From Octopus sinensis (Eukaryota): DNA of 64,000 nt. Positions within the stretch are counted from its first letter, which is position 1; each line of letters opens with the position of its first letter. The position numbers were made by a program, and so were the translations under genes. The notes under the pieces were generated by a model. It made no database searches. It saw nothing but the letters and a program-made list of their open reading frames with translations, and was not told where the DNA came from. The stretch spans positions 60,946,001 to 61,010,000 of the forward strand of contig NC_043004.1 in the NCBI RefSeq assembly GCF_006345805.1. Direction: 5' to 3'. Positions 13,616-27,218 of the stretch are shown piece after piece.

Positions 13616-14225
13616 CAATAATAATTCTCTAAACGAGATATAAACAGTAACTGCTCCATAACATAAGGGACATCAGCCATCTGAATGTGGCTAGGGACAG
13701 GGCAGGGTGGTGGGGGTGTTACTGATGCATTTAGCCCCAGGCGATCATCAACGTCACCAGGAGGGCTGACATCACGGTGTCCTATAGCCTGCAAAGGGAG
13801 ATCATTCCCCGAAGAAGCGGATGCCGGCATCCGCTTCTTCGGGGAATGATCTCCCTTTGCAGGCTAGAGGACACCGTGATGGTGTCAGCCCTCCTGGTGA
13901 CGTTGATGATCGCCTGGGGCTAAATGCATCAGTAACACCCCCACCACCCTGCCCTGTCCTAGCCACATTCAGTGGCTGATGTCCCTTATGTTATATATAT
14001 ATGCATATGATGTGTGTGCGCGAGTGTCTGTGTTTGTCCCCCACCGCCGCTTTACAACTGGTGTTGATGTGTATATGTTTCCGTAACTTAGTGGTTCGGA
14101 AAAAGATACCGATAGAATAAGTACCAGGTTTAACAAAGAAAAGAAAAAGCAATGTGACCGATTCATTCAACTAAAACATTCAGGGCGGTGCCCCAGCATG
14201 ACCGCAGTCTGTTGATTGAAATAGA
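13403..14225 (+). mobile_element. SINE family B, split by the palindromic insertion at 13615-13994
   Basis: The 5' part (13403-13568) and 3' part (~14010-14225) match the uninterrupted copy at 14908-15335. Confidence 0.7.
13615..13994. mobile_element. GC-rich palindromic insertion (~168-bp arms) in (TA)n
   Basis: Near-perfect inverted repeat 13658-13994 centred on gccggc (13823-13828), with no spacer. The left arm extends ~43 bp further. Confidence 0.85.
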
Positions 14226-14907
14226 TGAAGGATATAGATTATAAAATATAAAAATGAAAACATGTATGTTCTGAATTATAAATCACATATTTGCGCCTAA
14301 TGAGCTGAAATTTACACAACTTTTTAAATAACCCTGGTTTATGTAACCTTTTCTGATGTCTTTTAAAAAATGAATTTCATTCATCCAATTATTTCGAATG
14401 AATCAATATTCTGCAATCAACTGAAATCTGTCGGCATGATTTTAAAGCAATTTATCCTAAATATAATGAATTCATATAAATTGTATGCATTTTACATATC
14501 ATTAGGCCTGTAGTCTGGTGTTTATGATGTTGTACTTGCTATCGGTAGTTCGTGATTTCAATTCCTGGATAGGACAGTAGTTGTGTTCTTGAGTAAAACA
14601 CTTCATTTCCTGTTGCTCTGTAATCAATTCGACACCTGATGTGTGATACATCGTGCACCTGTACAGGCAATGTCGACTTGATGGAAGGAGATGGTCATCG
14701 CTCAGCAAAATTGAAGACTGTAAGCAAATAATCTGTGCAGGCTGTTCAGCAACATGTGGCAGGATTCTCAGTTGTCGTTTATGGCAGAGGATCTCACTAC
14801 GTACTAATAAATCCAGGTGTATCCAGGTATTGCAGCTAGTTCAATTTATATAAAATAGCAGTAGTATATGTCTATGTCTTCATAGATTTATATTTCAAAC
14901 TAGGCGT

Positions 14908-15079
14908 AGGCGCGCGCAAGAGTGACTGTATGGTAAGTAGCTTGCTAACCAACCACATGGTTCCGGGTTCAGTCCTACTGCGTGGTACCTTGGGCGAGTG
15001 TCTTCTACTATTGCCTGGGGCTGACCAAAATCTTTTGAGTGGATTTGGTAGACGAAAACTGAAAGAAGCCCGTCGTATA

Positions 15080-15118
<39 letters not shown>

Positions 15119-15335
15119 GTGTGTGTGTGTGTGCGTCTGTGTTTGTCCCCCCCCCCCAACATCGCTTGACAACCGATGCTGCTGTGCTTACGTCTGCGTA
15201 ACTTAGCGGTTTGGCAACAGAGACTGATAGAATAAGTACTAGGCTTACAAAGAATAAGTCCTGGGGTTGATTTGCTCGACTAAAGGCGGTGCTCCAGCAT
15301 GGCCACAGTCAAATGACTGAAACAAATAAGAGAGT
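14908..15335 (+). mobile_element. SINE family B, full length with internal microsatellite
   Basis: Head, internal (TA)n(TG)n, then tail ...ggcggtgctccagcatggccacagtcaaatgactgaaac. Confidence 0.85.
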
Positions 15336-15349
15336 AAAATAGTATAGCG

Positions 15350-15930
15350 AAGGCGCGTAGCTTAGTGGTTAGTGTATTCGGCTTACGATCGCGAGTTCGA
15401 TTCCTGGCGGCGCGTTGTGTCCTTGAGCAAGAGACCTTATTTCACGTTGCTCCAATCCACTCAGCTGGCATAAGTGACTTGTACCTGTAATTCAAAAGAC
15501 CATCCTTTATTTTATTTTATTTTATCAAATTGGCCATGAAGGCCTTACAGAGAAGCAATGCTGGCTGGACATGAAAATCACAAATACGAATGATGTAAAT
15601 GGGAAGGGTTTTCGGCGCCCGCAGACCGAACATCCTTCGAAATCTTAGGTTGTTTTATTACATAAAAATCAAAAACTCAATCAAACATCAAAAATACACT
15701 ATCACTTTTCCCTTCCTCCTCCTTCCGGACCCCCAGTCAAATATCTAGCCACCTGCAGAGCAGACCGCAGTGATAGGCCATCCTTGTCACATTCTGTGTC
15801 ATGCTGGGTCTCCCTGAGGACTATGTTAAGTGTACGCATGTCTGGGCAGTGCTCAGCTTGTTGGTTTTACGAGCAGGTTGTTCCGTTGATCGGCTCAACT
15901 GGAACCGTCGACATCATAACCCACAGAATG
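15350..15930 (+). mobile_element. SINE family D, interrupted by a ~270-bp minus-strand retro-insert
   Basis: tRNA-like head plus tccttgagcaag core. The insert (~15508-15775) has a (TTTTA)n tail and an apparent TSD ccatcctt. Confidence 0.65.
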
Positions 15931-15957
15931 CCACTAAAAGTAACTTTAAAAGATACA

Positions 15958-16372
15958 CATTTCTTTACTACACGCAAGGGACTAAACACAGAGACGACAA
16001 ACAAGGACAGACAAACGGATTAAGTTGATTATATCGACCCAGTGCGTAACTGGTACTTATTTAATCGACCCCGAAAGGATGAAAGGCAAATTCGACCTCG
16101 GCGGAATTTGAACTCAGAACGTAGCGGTAAACGAAAAAGCTATTTCTTTATTACCCACAAAAGGCTAAACACAGAGCGGACAAACAAGGACAGACAAACG
16201 GATTAAGTCGATTACAACGACCCCAGTGCGTGACTGGTACTTATTTAATCGACCCCGAAAGGATGAAAGGCAAAGTCGACCTCGGCGGAATTTGAACTCA
16301 GAACGTAGCGGCAGACAACATACCGCTAAGCATTTCGCCCGGCGTGCTAACGATTCTGCCAGCTCGCCGCCT
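15958..16372 (-). mobile_element. SINE family C (Nin/Deu-like core) with internal tandem duplication
   Basis: Head ggcggcgagctggcagaa. The core gcctttcatcctttcggggtcgat..aataagtacc is repeated in ~180-bp units. Confidence 0.8.
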
Positions 16373-16775
16373 TGTAACTTTAAAATATATAAGCGAAAGT
16401 GTGTATGCCTCGAAATGTAGGTCATTGTTTTACGCTAGAAATTTTACATAAGCGTACATCATTTATTGAAGGAGACGGTTATAGGTTATTGAATTTTTGT
16501 TCTGATACGCTATGTATCTTTTTAGAAAATTTATAATAATGGATAGTTATACAAATTGCAAGAATCATTGGAATAAATTATTGATTTAAGAAAAACAAAA
16601 CAAAAAGCTATTTAAGATAATTATGCAAATTAGGAGAGCATTTTTTAACAAAGCATGTTTACTAAAGCAATGAAAAATTGCAAAATGTTATTATATATTC
16701 CATATATATATATTTAATCAATTAATTTATTAAATAATTAAATAATTAACTAAATTTATAATTATTATTATTCAG

Positions 16776-16936
16776 ACGCATGAGTGGCTGTGGTAAGTAG
16801 CTTGATTATCAACCACATGGTTCCGGGTTCAGTCCCACTGCGTGGCACCTTGGGCAACTGTCTTCTGCTATAGCCTCGGGCCGACCAAAGCTTTGTGAGT
16901 GGATTTGGTAGACGGAAACTGAAAGAAGTCCGTCGT
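16776..16936 (+). mobile_element. SINE family B, 5' part
   Basis: Matches 5255-5406. Confidence 0.8.
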
Positions 16937-16959
16937 ATATATGTATATTATATATATGC

Positions 16960-17120
16960 TTACTTGTTTCAGTCATTTGACTGTGGCCATGCTGGAGCAC
17001 AGCCTTTAGTCGAGCAAATCGACCCAGGACTTATTATTTTGTAAGCCTAGTACTTATTCTGTCGGTCTCTTTTGCCGAACCGCTAAGTTACGTAGACGTA
17101 AACACACCAGCATCGGTTGT

Positions 17121-17193
<73 letters not shown>

Positions 17194-17368
17194 TATATAC
17201 ATATATACGGCGGGTTTCTTTCAGTTTCCGTCTTCCACATCCACTCAAGGCTTTGGTCAGCCCGAGACTATAGTAGAAGACACTTGCCCAAGGTTCCACG
17301 CAGTGGGACTGAACCCGGAACCATGTGGTTGGTAAGCAAGCTACTTACCACACAGCTACTCCTACGCC
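16960..17368 (-). mobile_element. SINE family B, full length
   Basis: Reverse complement of 14908-15335. Confidence 0.82.
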
Positions 17369-17372
17369 TTAA

Positions 17373-17491
17373 TGCTTGCAGCACCTAGGCCCCCCAAGTG
17401 GTCACCCATCTAAGTACTAACTAGGCTCGATGTTGCTTAACTTCTGTGATCGGACAAGAACCGGTGCTTTCAACGTGATATGGCCGTAAGC
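17373..17491 (-). pseudogene. 5S rRNA copy (probable pseudogene), 119 nt
   Basis: Reverse complement reads gcttacggccatatcacgttgaaagcaccggttcttgtccgatcacagaagttaagcaac...ttagtacttagatgggtgacc...ggtgctgcaagca. Canonical 5S landmarks with several substitutions; solitary copy with no T-run terminator. Confidence 0.9.
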
Positions 17492-17502
17492 CATATACCT
17501 CT

Positions 17503-17569
<67 letters not shown>

Positions 17570-17573
<4 letters not shown>

Positions 17574-18470
17574 TAGCTCTATTTTTATAGCGTGCTTTCA
17601 CTTCACTACCGAGCGCAGCTCTGTGTGCCTTGGGTATGTACTGTGATTTGTTGTGATGCTCTGATAGTTACTGTATTGAAAGTGTTTTGCGTAGGATGTG
17701 TGCAGTGCCCAGTAGTGCAATTTTCTGTATGTTATATGTGTTTGTAAGACCTGGTGTTTTTGTTATGTATTTGTCTGAATATTTTTTTATCATGCCTAAT
17801 GCGCCTACTATGATAGAGTTTGTTCTGTTTTTAGATTCTACATTCTGGTTACCTCTATTTCCAGGTCTTTGTATTTTGAAAGTTTCTCCATTTCTTTTAG
17901 AGACACGTTGTCATCCGCTGGTATTGATACATCAATTAGAAAGCAGTTTTTTCTTCATGATCTCTGACAACTATATTTGGCCTGTTGGCCTGAATTTCTC
18001 TATCGTTGTGTATTGGTATATTCCTGAGTATGGTTGCTTTCTCGTTTTCTGTGACCTTTTCTGGTGTGTGCTTATACCATCTTTTTTTCTGTTGTTATTC
18101 CATAATGTTGGCATGGCTTCCAGTGTACGTAGTTCCCAACTCTATCGTATCTGTGTATATATTCCTTCTCAGCCATGCCTGGACAGCCAGAGATAATATG
18201 ATTTATTGTTTCTTGTCCATCTCCACATATTCTGCAGTTACTTGTTATATTTCTTTTCATTACATGTTTTTGGTAATTTCTGGTGGGGAGGCTTTGGTCT
18301 TGTGCTGCAATTACAAATCCCTCTGTCTCTGCTTTGAGTCCTGAGCTTCTCAACCATTGCTGAGATTTTTCTTTGTCTATTTCTTTTGCATTTAGTTTAG
18401 TCCAGTATTTACCATGAAGGGGCTTTTCTTGCCATCGTTTTATCGTAATCCGTTACTGTTCTAGTTTTAT
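17570..18470 (-). mobile_element. R4/Dong-like non-LTR retrotransposon 3' fragment (zinc knuckle and RLE region)
   Basis: GLKAETEGFVIAAQDQSLPTRNY...CRICG..ETINHIISGC...EYIHRYD. The 3' end abuts (TAA)n at 17506-17570, the known Dong target repeat. Confidence 0.82.
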
Positions 18471-18484
18471 TTTATTTTTATATA

Positions 18485-18880
18485 TTTTTTATTTTTATCT
18501 AGTTTCAGCTCACAAGCTGTGGCCATGCTGGGGCACCGCCATTTGGTGTTGCTACATGATTTTACTTCACGAATGCTTTTTAGCAATTGCCATTTGGTGC
18601 ATGAGAGAGTTCGATGCAGCTGCCCTCATCTGCACCTCCCGCCGTGAAGCTGGTTCATCTGGGACACCTGACAAGAAGAGATCCAGTTTTATTTTAAAGA
18701 CATCTGCATCCACCCCATGCAGGTCTCTTAGGTTCTTCGGGAGGATATCGAAGAGCTGTGGGCCTCGGAAGCCCAGGCTATCACAGTATCTTGTCCTACA
18801 TCTTGATGGCAAATTTGGAGTCCTTGGCACTATGCAGTGGCGCCCAGTTCTGGCATTTGTGTAACTCTCGATGCCAAAGT
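18485..18880 (-). mobile_element. CR1-like LINE 3' fragment
   Basis: SLGFRGPQLFDILPKNLRDL...FKIKLDLFLSGVPDEP C-terminus; 3' tail ggcggtgccccagcatggccacag. Confidence 0.78.
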
Positions 18881-18993
18881 TTGGATTTCATTTGTTTTAT
18901 AGCTTTATGCAAATGTATCTTTATGCAACAATTGAAATAATAACAAAGGGGAGCGGTGTATAATACGTGTCAATAGACGAACAAATAATAATG

Positions 18994-19032
<39 letters not shown>

Positions 19033-19043
19033 TAATAATAATA

Positions 19044-19086
<43 letters not shown>

Positions 19087-19153
19087 GAAATCATACCACC
19101 TAACAAATATGAAGAAAAAGAAGAAGAAGAAGAAGGAGGAGGAGAAGAAGAAG

Positions 19154-19185
<32 letters not shown>

Positions 19186-21873
19186 TTGGAAGAAGAAGAA
19201 GAGGAAGAAGAAGACGACAACAACAACACAGTACATAATAGTCAGCGTCTCAACAGACGGAGTACCCCAACCATTATAAACGTTTATTATTCTCACATCT
19301 TCCGGAAGCTCAGTTTGAACCCTCTTCTGGATGGTTTGGACGCAACAAGTCTGAACCAACAGTCAAGGATTAACCGAACATTGTTAGCTCCTTTTTAAAG
19401 TAGTTTATCCAGGCATTCATGTGGCTCTATTTATTTCTGGTTTTAATAAACCCGAATAAGGTCGAATGTTGGCGCTAGTTTAATATCTTTACTAATATTT
19501 ATTTTAATCTTTATGAAAGAAGAGAGGATAAAGCAGAAATATGAGGACCGACGTTGATAATATGGAACATATTTTATTCTTCTTAATCCTCTGAATCAAG
19601 GCTGTTACCTTACTATTCCTTATGTAATAGTTGTATATGTTAAAGAGAGAACAGTAGCCAAACCTTCCTCGAACATACCATAACGCTTTCATAAATGAAA
19701 AAAAGTATTATCTTATAATTGTAAAGAAACGTAACTTTGTTGTTTTTCTAGGTTAATTAGAGAAGGAGTTTGATGGTCCCCGAACTTTTCTGATTGACCT
19801 GAACTGGTGAGCAGGACTAAATTAAGACACAAGAATGCTCCAAAAACAGCTCAACAATGGTGTCGCCTTCACAATTCCATTGTGTAACTGAGAGTACGAG
19901 GCATTAAAAATACTGAATAAGAAATAATTGTATAAAAATAATTGTTTTCCAACTATATTAAATACCAGCTTGGGTTTTAATTATATTTAATTAACACTAA
20001 TTATCAGCAAGCAATACAAGTATAAATTATCGATGTATAATTAAGCTGCAAATTGACACAGCCGCAAGAGCATAAAACAAAATACTTTGTAGTATATATT
20101 TTAGTTTTCTACACTTTGAATTCCCATGCCTGGTAGATTAGATCATCGTTGCCTTTTATCTTTTAAGATTCGGTAAAATAAAGAATCAACTAGAGTAGTG
20201 ATGGGTGGATTTGTAAGAGACCTGCAAAATGCATTATGTTCTGCCATTTGCAGTCTGTGTTCTTGGGTGGCTGACTTAATCTATATCCGGTTTAGCACTA
20301 CCACTAGGTCCTTGTCTATCTAAATCCTTTGACAGCGTAATTAAATTTCCATGGTCATTCTCGTAATTATGATAAGTGTCCACCGGAAATTGAATTAATA
20401 TTTTCTACGTCAGCAATACTTTTTCAGTATTCCATGTAAACAGAGATTTGAAGAAATATGTAAAAGAGTTAAGAAGATCTGAAAAATTGGCTTTTGTAAA
20501 TTGTGCTGGTGGAAAGGGCTTTTCAAAGACGTGGGGGAAAAACTGCTTTCCACAGTTAATAGTTATAACATTTTGAACGTATATATCTGCTTTTCACGTT
20601 CAAATGGCTAATCAGAGTCCACTCTGTTGCAAGCATACAGAACAGGTTTCCATTTTCAGTATAATTTCCTCCCTACACCCCAGCAGTCTAGGAGGTCATG
20701 AAAAAGTAAGGTATTGTGGGTGCTGCCCTTCAATTTCCGACTAAACAATAAAAACAAGGGAGGAGGAGCCACAAGAAAATTTGGCATAATGGAGTGTTTT
20801 TCTTTTCCTTTTGTTGTCGCTAGTCTTACCATGGTGCGAATTGTTAGTTATAACATTTCTGTTAAACATTTATGAAAAATGTTACGCCGAAAATTTACAT
20901 TTTTCCCTCTTAAGCATTTATGTTTTAATGTGTTTTCGGTTAGACAATGGAAAGGCCAAATAGATATTATTGTTTGGCTGTGTTTAGGGTATCATATAGA
21001 GATTTATATTTATAGAACAAAAAGTGAGCAATCTGGAAAGGGTTGGTATATATGTCTGATCGTACACATTTGCTGGGGATGAAGGAGCAGAGAGTGTGCA
21101 AAATACTTAAAACAAGTCCGCCAAGCTGACGAGACTGATATTATATAATATTTCCCACGAGCATTTGAAAATCGATGACTGCGGTAAATGAACAAGCAGT
21201 GAAGTAATTCCAGGGGACCGGTGGGAAAGTTTTGTGGATAATGATTAGTGTAGTATCTGACGTGTGGGTGTGGGCCCAACAAGGGAGGTGGAAGGGAGAA
21301 AAGCTAGAAAAGCGAGAAAAGCGAGAAAAGCGAGCAGAACGAAAACTTCTAAGTAGAGGTTGCATAAGCGGAAGAAGTATTCGTTGTGTTAATTCAGTCG
21401 CCATATTTGGTATACAACAAAAACTAAACACAAGACATTTTCTAAAGCTTTACCTTTCCACCCTTCACCACGCTTTCTTTTAATTAGCAAATCATATTTA
21501 ATAATCTCGTTGATTACAACTCTCCTCCTCATGTAGCCGACAAAAGTCACGAACTTCTTTTGTTCAATAAACAATAAACTAAATCAATTTTTTTTTCAAT
21601 TATTAATCTTTTGATATTACATTTCTAAGTGATAATTGGGCAAAGATTTCCCGATAGATTTGTCTATGACGGAAAATGGTTCACGCTGTAAAACAAAAAA
21701 TAAATTTCTACTCGTGGAGTCAGCGATCGAACTGTGTTCAATACTCAGTGACAAAAGTTTGTAGATGCCAATAATAAAATCCCCCGACATAAACAGGGAC
21801 ATAGCAGCAGTATCATCTAGCTTATTGTCATACGGTGTGTGCGTGCGTGCGTATGTGTGTGTGTGTGTGTGTA

Positions 21874-21910
<37 letters not shown>

Positions 21911-22149
21911 TAGAAAGCGAGCTTGTGCATGAGCATGAGTGGTGTATACATATCAGCAATGAAACACATATAAAAGTGTTTGTATTCAAACAGTACTTGC
22001 AGAATATGAAGTTAATGAACTGAGAAACACACACACACACACACGCACACACACACACACACGCACACACACACGCACACACACACGCACACACGCACAC
22101 ACAAACACACAACACACACACACACATAAAGGATAAAGACACATTTCAA

Positions 22150-22348
22150 TCATGAATCACCCTGGCATTGCACCTAGAAAGTTACCCCGTGAGACACGAG
22201 CCCGGGAATGTTGTTTATGGAAGACCAGCAGTTACCCGTGCATACCCGCTTTCTTTCCCCACGCCTCCACTGTTACCCAGGGAAAAGGCAAAACCTGATA
22301 CAGTTTGGTACCAGTGACATCGTAACTCATTTCTACAGCTGAGTGATC
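22150..22348 (-). mobile_element. SINE fragment (3' part of the 23262-23587 type)
   Basis: Shares attgcacctagaaagttaccc...ctcatttctacagctgagtg. Confidence 0.6.
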
Positions 22349-23261
22349 TAGAGCAAAGGTTCTCAACGGGGGCGATATCGCCCCCGGGGGGGGGGGTGGC
22401 ATCTGGAGCTCGAGGGGCGTTTTGGAGCAAAGGGGCTCTCTTGTACCAAAGAGCACGCTTTCGATAGACAGCGCGTTGATCTCATAAGTGTCGCAAGGTA
22501 GAAATAAACAAAAGTACCAAACTTTCAATTCATTATTTCGTTTTTGTTTTTGCATTTCAATTTGTACATTCTACCAATATAAAACACATACAGACCCATA
22601 TAAACTTTGGGACCAATCATAAACGGCCCCTACACACAATCACAAGCACATGTATATACACTCACGCATAGAAACGTGTACAGAGACACACACACTCACA
22701 CCATTCTGACCTCTAAGACCAGTCCCAAAAACCATTGAACCATGACAGACTAAGCCAGAAGCAAAAAAATCCTTTTGATTCCACATTGCTCTCCCTTCCC
22801 CTCCCCCAACCAACCTCCCACACTGTCCCTTAAAATAGCAAATATTCCTTAGCTACACACAAGACAGAAAATGTCAGAAAGACAGGTCAATTCCTCTCCA
22901 ATATTTTGTACATTTTCTTAAATATATCTCCCTCTGTTTATATATATACTACCAAACAAACATGATTTTTATTGAACTCATAATACTTTTTGAATACTTT
23001 CTTAAATACTTTCTTGTAAACTGTTTTTAACATTTTCTTATTATTATCAAAAAATGGAGAACTGTATTTTAATACTTTTGTAATAACAAGTGCTTAAGAC
23101 AACAAAACATATAGAAAGCTTTACATTTTACTTTTGACAATCTTTTTCTAAAAAAGCGAAACCGGTCATGTTAATAAACATCTTTAAAATTGCCTTTTCA
23201 AACCTTCTTACATAAATATATATATATAATATATATATATACACACATATATTGAAACCCC

Positions 23262-23587
23262 CTTTGATTATGAATGACCATGGGATTGCACCTAGAAAGT
23301 TACCCTCCCAGGCACAAGTCCAGGCAAGGTTGCTTATGGAACACCTGCAGTCGCTCATGCATACCAGCCTCCCCTCTCCACACCACCGATGTTATCCAAG
23401 GGAAAGGCAAAGGCCGATACAGCTTTGCACCTGTGACGTCGCAACTCATTTCTACAGCTGAGTGAACTGGAGCAACGTGAAATAAAGTGTCTTGCTTAAG
23501 AACACAAAACGTAGCCCGGTCCGGGATTCGAACTAACAACCTCACGAACGTAAGCTCGACGCTCTAACCACTGAGCCATGCGCCCTC
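23262..23587 (-). mobile_element. tRNA-derived SINE (family D core, different tail)
   Basis: On the minus strand: A-box tggctcagtgg, B-box gttcgaatccc, core caagacactttatttcacgttgctccag. Confidence 0.75.
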
Positions 23588-23614
23588 ACACACTCACATA
23601 CACACACACATATG

Positions 23615-23676
<62 letters not shown>

Positions 23677-23965
23677 ATACGTATATATGTATGTATGTAT
23701 GTATGTATGTGTGTGTCTATGTACATATATCCTACTTAAATGTGGCTGTTGTATTAGAACGCAAAATATTGCGATTATTACCATGAGAAAATCTTTCATA
23801 CAAACCTGTGATGCATATAAGCACACATGTTTATATACAGAAGCTCATATAAGAAGGATTCTGCGTTGTAACACATCTACTTTTAAGTGAGGATAGGTAT
23901 TACGGGTTGATATTAATACTGCTTCTGTCATTTACAATTGTTACATATACATGCGCACATATATA

Positions 23966-24030
<65 letters not shown>

Positions 24031-24235
24031 TGGTAAAACGGTAAGATAACAAAAGAAGAAAGAGACCTCAATATTATGTAAATAGAGGAATTTATCTCAG
24101 AGTTTTATCTTGACTATCGAGTAATGTAACGTATTATTATTATTATATATATATATATATAATATATATATATATATACATGTGTGTGTGTGTGTGTGTG
24201 TATGCGTGTGCGTGCGTGTGCGTGCGTGTATACAT

Positions 24236-24281
<46 letters not shown>

Positions 24282-25284
24282 ATATATACACACACACACA
24301 TATATATATATACATATGCACATAGATGATAGATAGATAGATAGATAAAAATAGATTGTTAGATAGCTAGACAGATATGCATGTACAATCATATATACAC
24401 ACATGTGTTCTTGTATCCTCATCGCCGTCATGGTCAACATTATTCACATCATTCTTCTTACGTTTTTTGATATTCACTTCAAATAATTGTTTGCATGCTG
24501 TTTCGTCATCTGGAGACAGAGAAAAAAGGAAATTTTCAACAGAAATTACGCTACAACAGACTATAAATACAACCGATCAAATGGAGCGGATGATTTAGTA
24601 TTTCTAACCTTAATTCCCACCAGAAAGGAAGTGGCGGGAGGCAACATTATCTCTGATCCCTCTAAAATCGATCAACAGTTTTAACGTAAAAGTCATAACA
24701 GCGCAAATAACCGGAGGTCAATTATTAGATGCTATTGTTATGAATGTAACAGAAACCCATTAGAAAAAGGTGGCAGAATGGTGGACTGGTAGAGTTGCGG
24801 ACTTTGGACAAAATGGCTGCCATATTTAGTTAGTTTTTTTTTTGTAATTTCATTTTACGGCTTGCTTTCAAATCCCGCAGAAATGGCGTTTGCTTTATAT
24901 CTTTTTATACTTCAGGGGTTCATAAAATGAGGCAACAACTCACCCATACCATATAAGTGTAATTTGTTTAGATAGAAACTCTGCAGGAGCAGATAATGTG
25001 AGCGCACGCGGAGGAGTGTTTGCGTACACGCTTATGTTTACGTATACTTTGTGTGTGTCTAGTATGCACAACTGAAGCATTATCAAATTAAAATAGCTCT
25101 CTATGTTTCATGCTTCATGTATACACTTCGTTGACAGGCAATTTACAGCAGAATTTGTCCAATGATAACATCTGTTATGAGTATGCTGTGTTTTAAAAAA
25201 GCTTATATCTGATGGATATATAAGTGAGTGAATGTGTGTGTGTGTGCGTGTCTGTGTGTGTATGTATATATATATGGATCAAAA

Positions 25285-26250
25285 CAGTTTGATTCAAATT
25301 CGTTGGCACACTTGAGTTTCAAGCTCCATGCTAGTCGTCTGCCATTTTGAATTTGAATGACAGAAGTTGATTGTTATTCCCGTAAAGCGGCCTGCGATTG
25401 GTCGAGGAAGGTTACGCCTTGTCATGGTTTGATATTGGTGTATATTGATATTGGTATACCCACCCCATACATATAACTTAGAATAACTTAGAAAGGTTTT
25501 TGGCCAGTATTGGCCCAGGCCATGTCTAACTTAATAGCACCACCTGGCGAAGTCTTTCAGTTCAGGATTTGGGCACCAAGGCCCATTGCGAGCCAGAGAG
25601 TTATTGTTTGCGGAGACATATCCGGGTGTGGGTGGTTTGTCTGGTACTTTTTGAAGGAATTGTCCAAAGACTTCTTGAATTTTGTGTGGTCAGTTTCTTT
25701 TTTGACGTGTCCTGGTGTAATGTTGAAGAGAGCAGGTCCAAATGAGGTGAAATAGTTGTGCCGTATTGTCGTTATGTGATGCGCGATTTAGATTTTTGTT
25801 GTGGACGGATGGAACGTGGTCCAAGCCTTGGATGCATTTTGAAGGTGATGCCAACATCATTCGGACAGTGCTGATGGAATATTTTCCACATCATACAGAT
25901 AATGTAGCGTTCACGGCGTCGTGGAGTGAATACAATTTCAGCTTCTCTAGTCTACCCCAGTAGTCAAGGTCTGACATGCCATCTATCTTTTTGTGATTGA
26001 CCTTTGGGGAGCTTCAATTCTCAAATATTTTGTTTTGTGTAGGGAGACCACAGTGGACAGCAGTATTCAAGGTGGGGTCGGGCAAAAGTGGAGAAGAGAA
26101 GGATAATAGCGTGGGAATCTCTCGACTGGAAGGTTCTGAGAACAGGAAACACATTCTGCGGGCCATGTCAACTTTGCTGCTTATATGTGTAGCCCAGCTT
26201 ATGTTGTTGTCCACTGTTACTCCCAGGTCTCTGATGTTGTTGGATGCCAT
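25285..26250 (-). mobile_element. CR1-like LINE 3' fragment
   Basis: [27 protein letters not shown], followed by degenerate C-terminal RT sequence. Confidence 0.78.
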
Positions 26251-26582
26251 GAGAATATATATATATGTATATATATATATTGGATGCCATGAGAATATAT
26301 ATATATATTATATATATATATATAGATATATATATATGTGTGTGTGTGTATGTGTGTGTATATATATATGTATATATATATATGAATATCGGTATATACA
26401 TGCACACACACAAATATGTAGATATGTATTGATATATGCATTTATGTATATATATATAATATGAATAATATATAAATATATGCACATATGCATACATATA
26501 TGTACATACCTACATATATATGTATATATACATGCATAAATGGGTACAGGACACCAAAAAAATGTTGAACACAATGAGAAAC

Positions 26583-26624
<42 letters not shown>

Positions 26625-27218
26625 GTATATATGTATGATTATGTATGCGAGTGTACCGCCCACACACGCACTTTTGTAGTTGCTTTTATTGGATATATGT
26701 TTATCGGTTAAAGTACACTTTCGTTTTAGAAGAATGTCGCCATCCCCGACGTATCTATATAACCAACCTCTCACTATCAGAAGCTAATATATATTCCTCT
26801 TTGCTGTCTAGTACGATATATATATATATCATCCTTTTTCGTCTGTACTATCATCCTCAGTACGGTCTTATGAAGTTCATGGAATAAATAAATAAATAGA
26901 TAAGCAATAAAAAGAAAAAAAAATAAACAAGATAGATATATAAACAAAACAGAACCAAAGCTCTATGGCGGCCAATTGATACAGGAAACGACCTATGCAC
27001 TGCGAGTGAATTTGGATCTGAACACATGATAACGTATATGTTCAAACGTATCCAGATGGATATTATTATGTTTCTGGAATTTGGATAATTTGAAAAATAA
27101 AGAATAAATATAAATAGACATGACTTTTGCGATCTTTGAGTTTAGGATATTACTTTCACTTTTGTCATCTGCATTTAGTATAATTTACGTTGGCGGTCGT
27201 TGTTGAATCTTGAATCTC

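Noticed and set aside
19225-21500. Non-repetitive stretch that might hold host exons or a promoter
   Set aside because: No recognisable protein motif or convincing splice-bounded ORF; needs RNA-seq or cross-species alignment.
26828-26866. Minus-strand ctgagga...gaaa resembling a hammerhead core
   Set aside because: Stems I-III cannot be formed convincingly.
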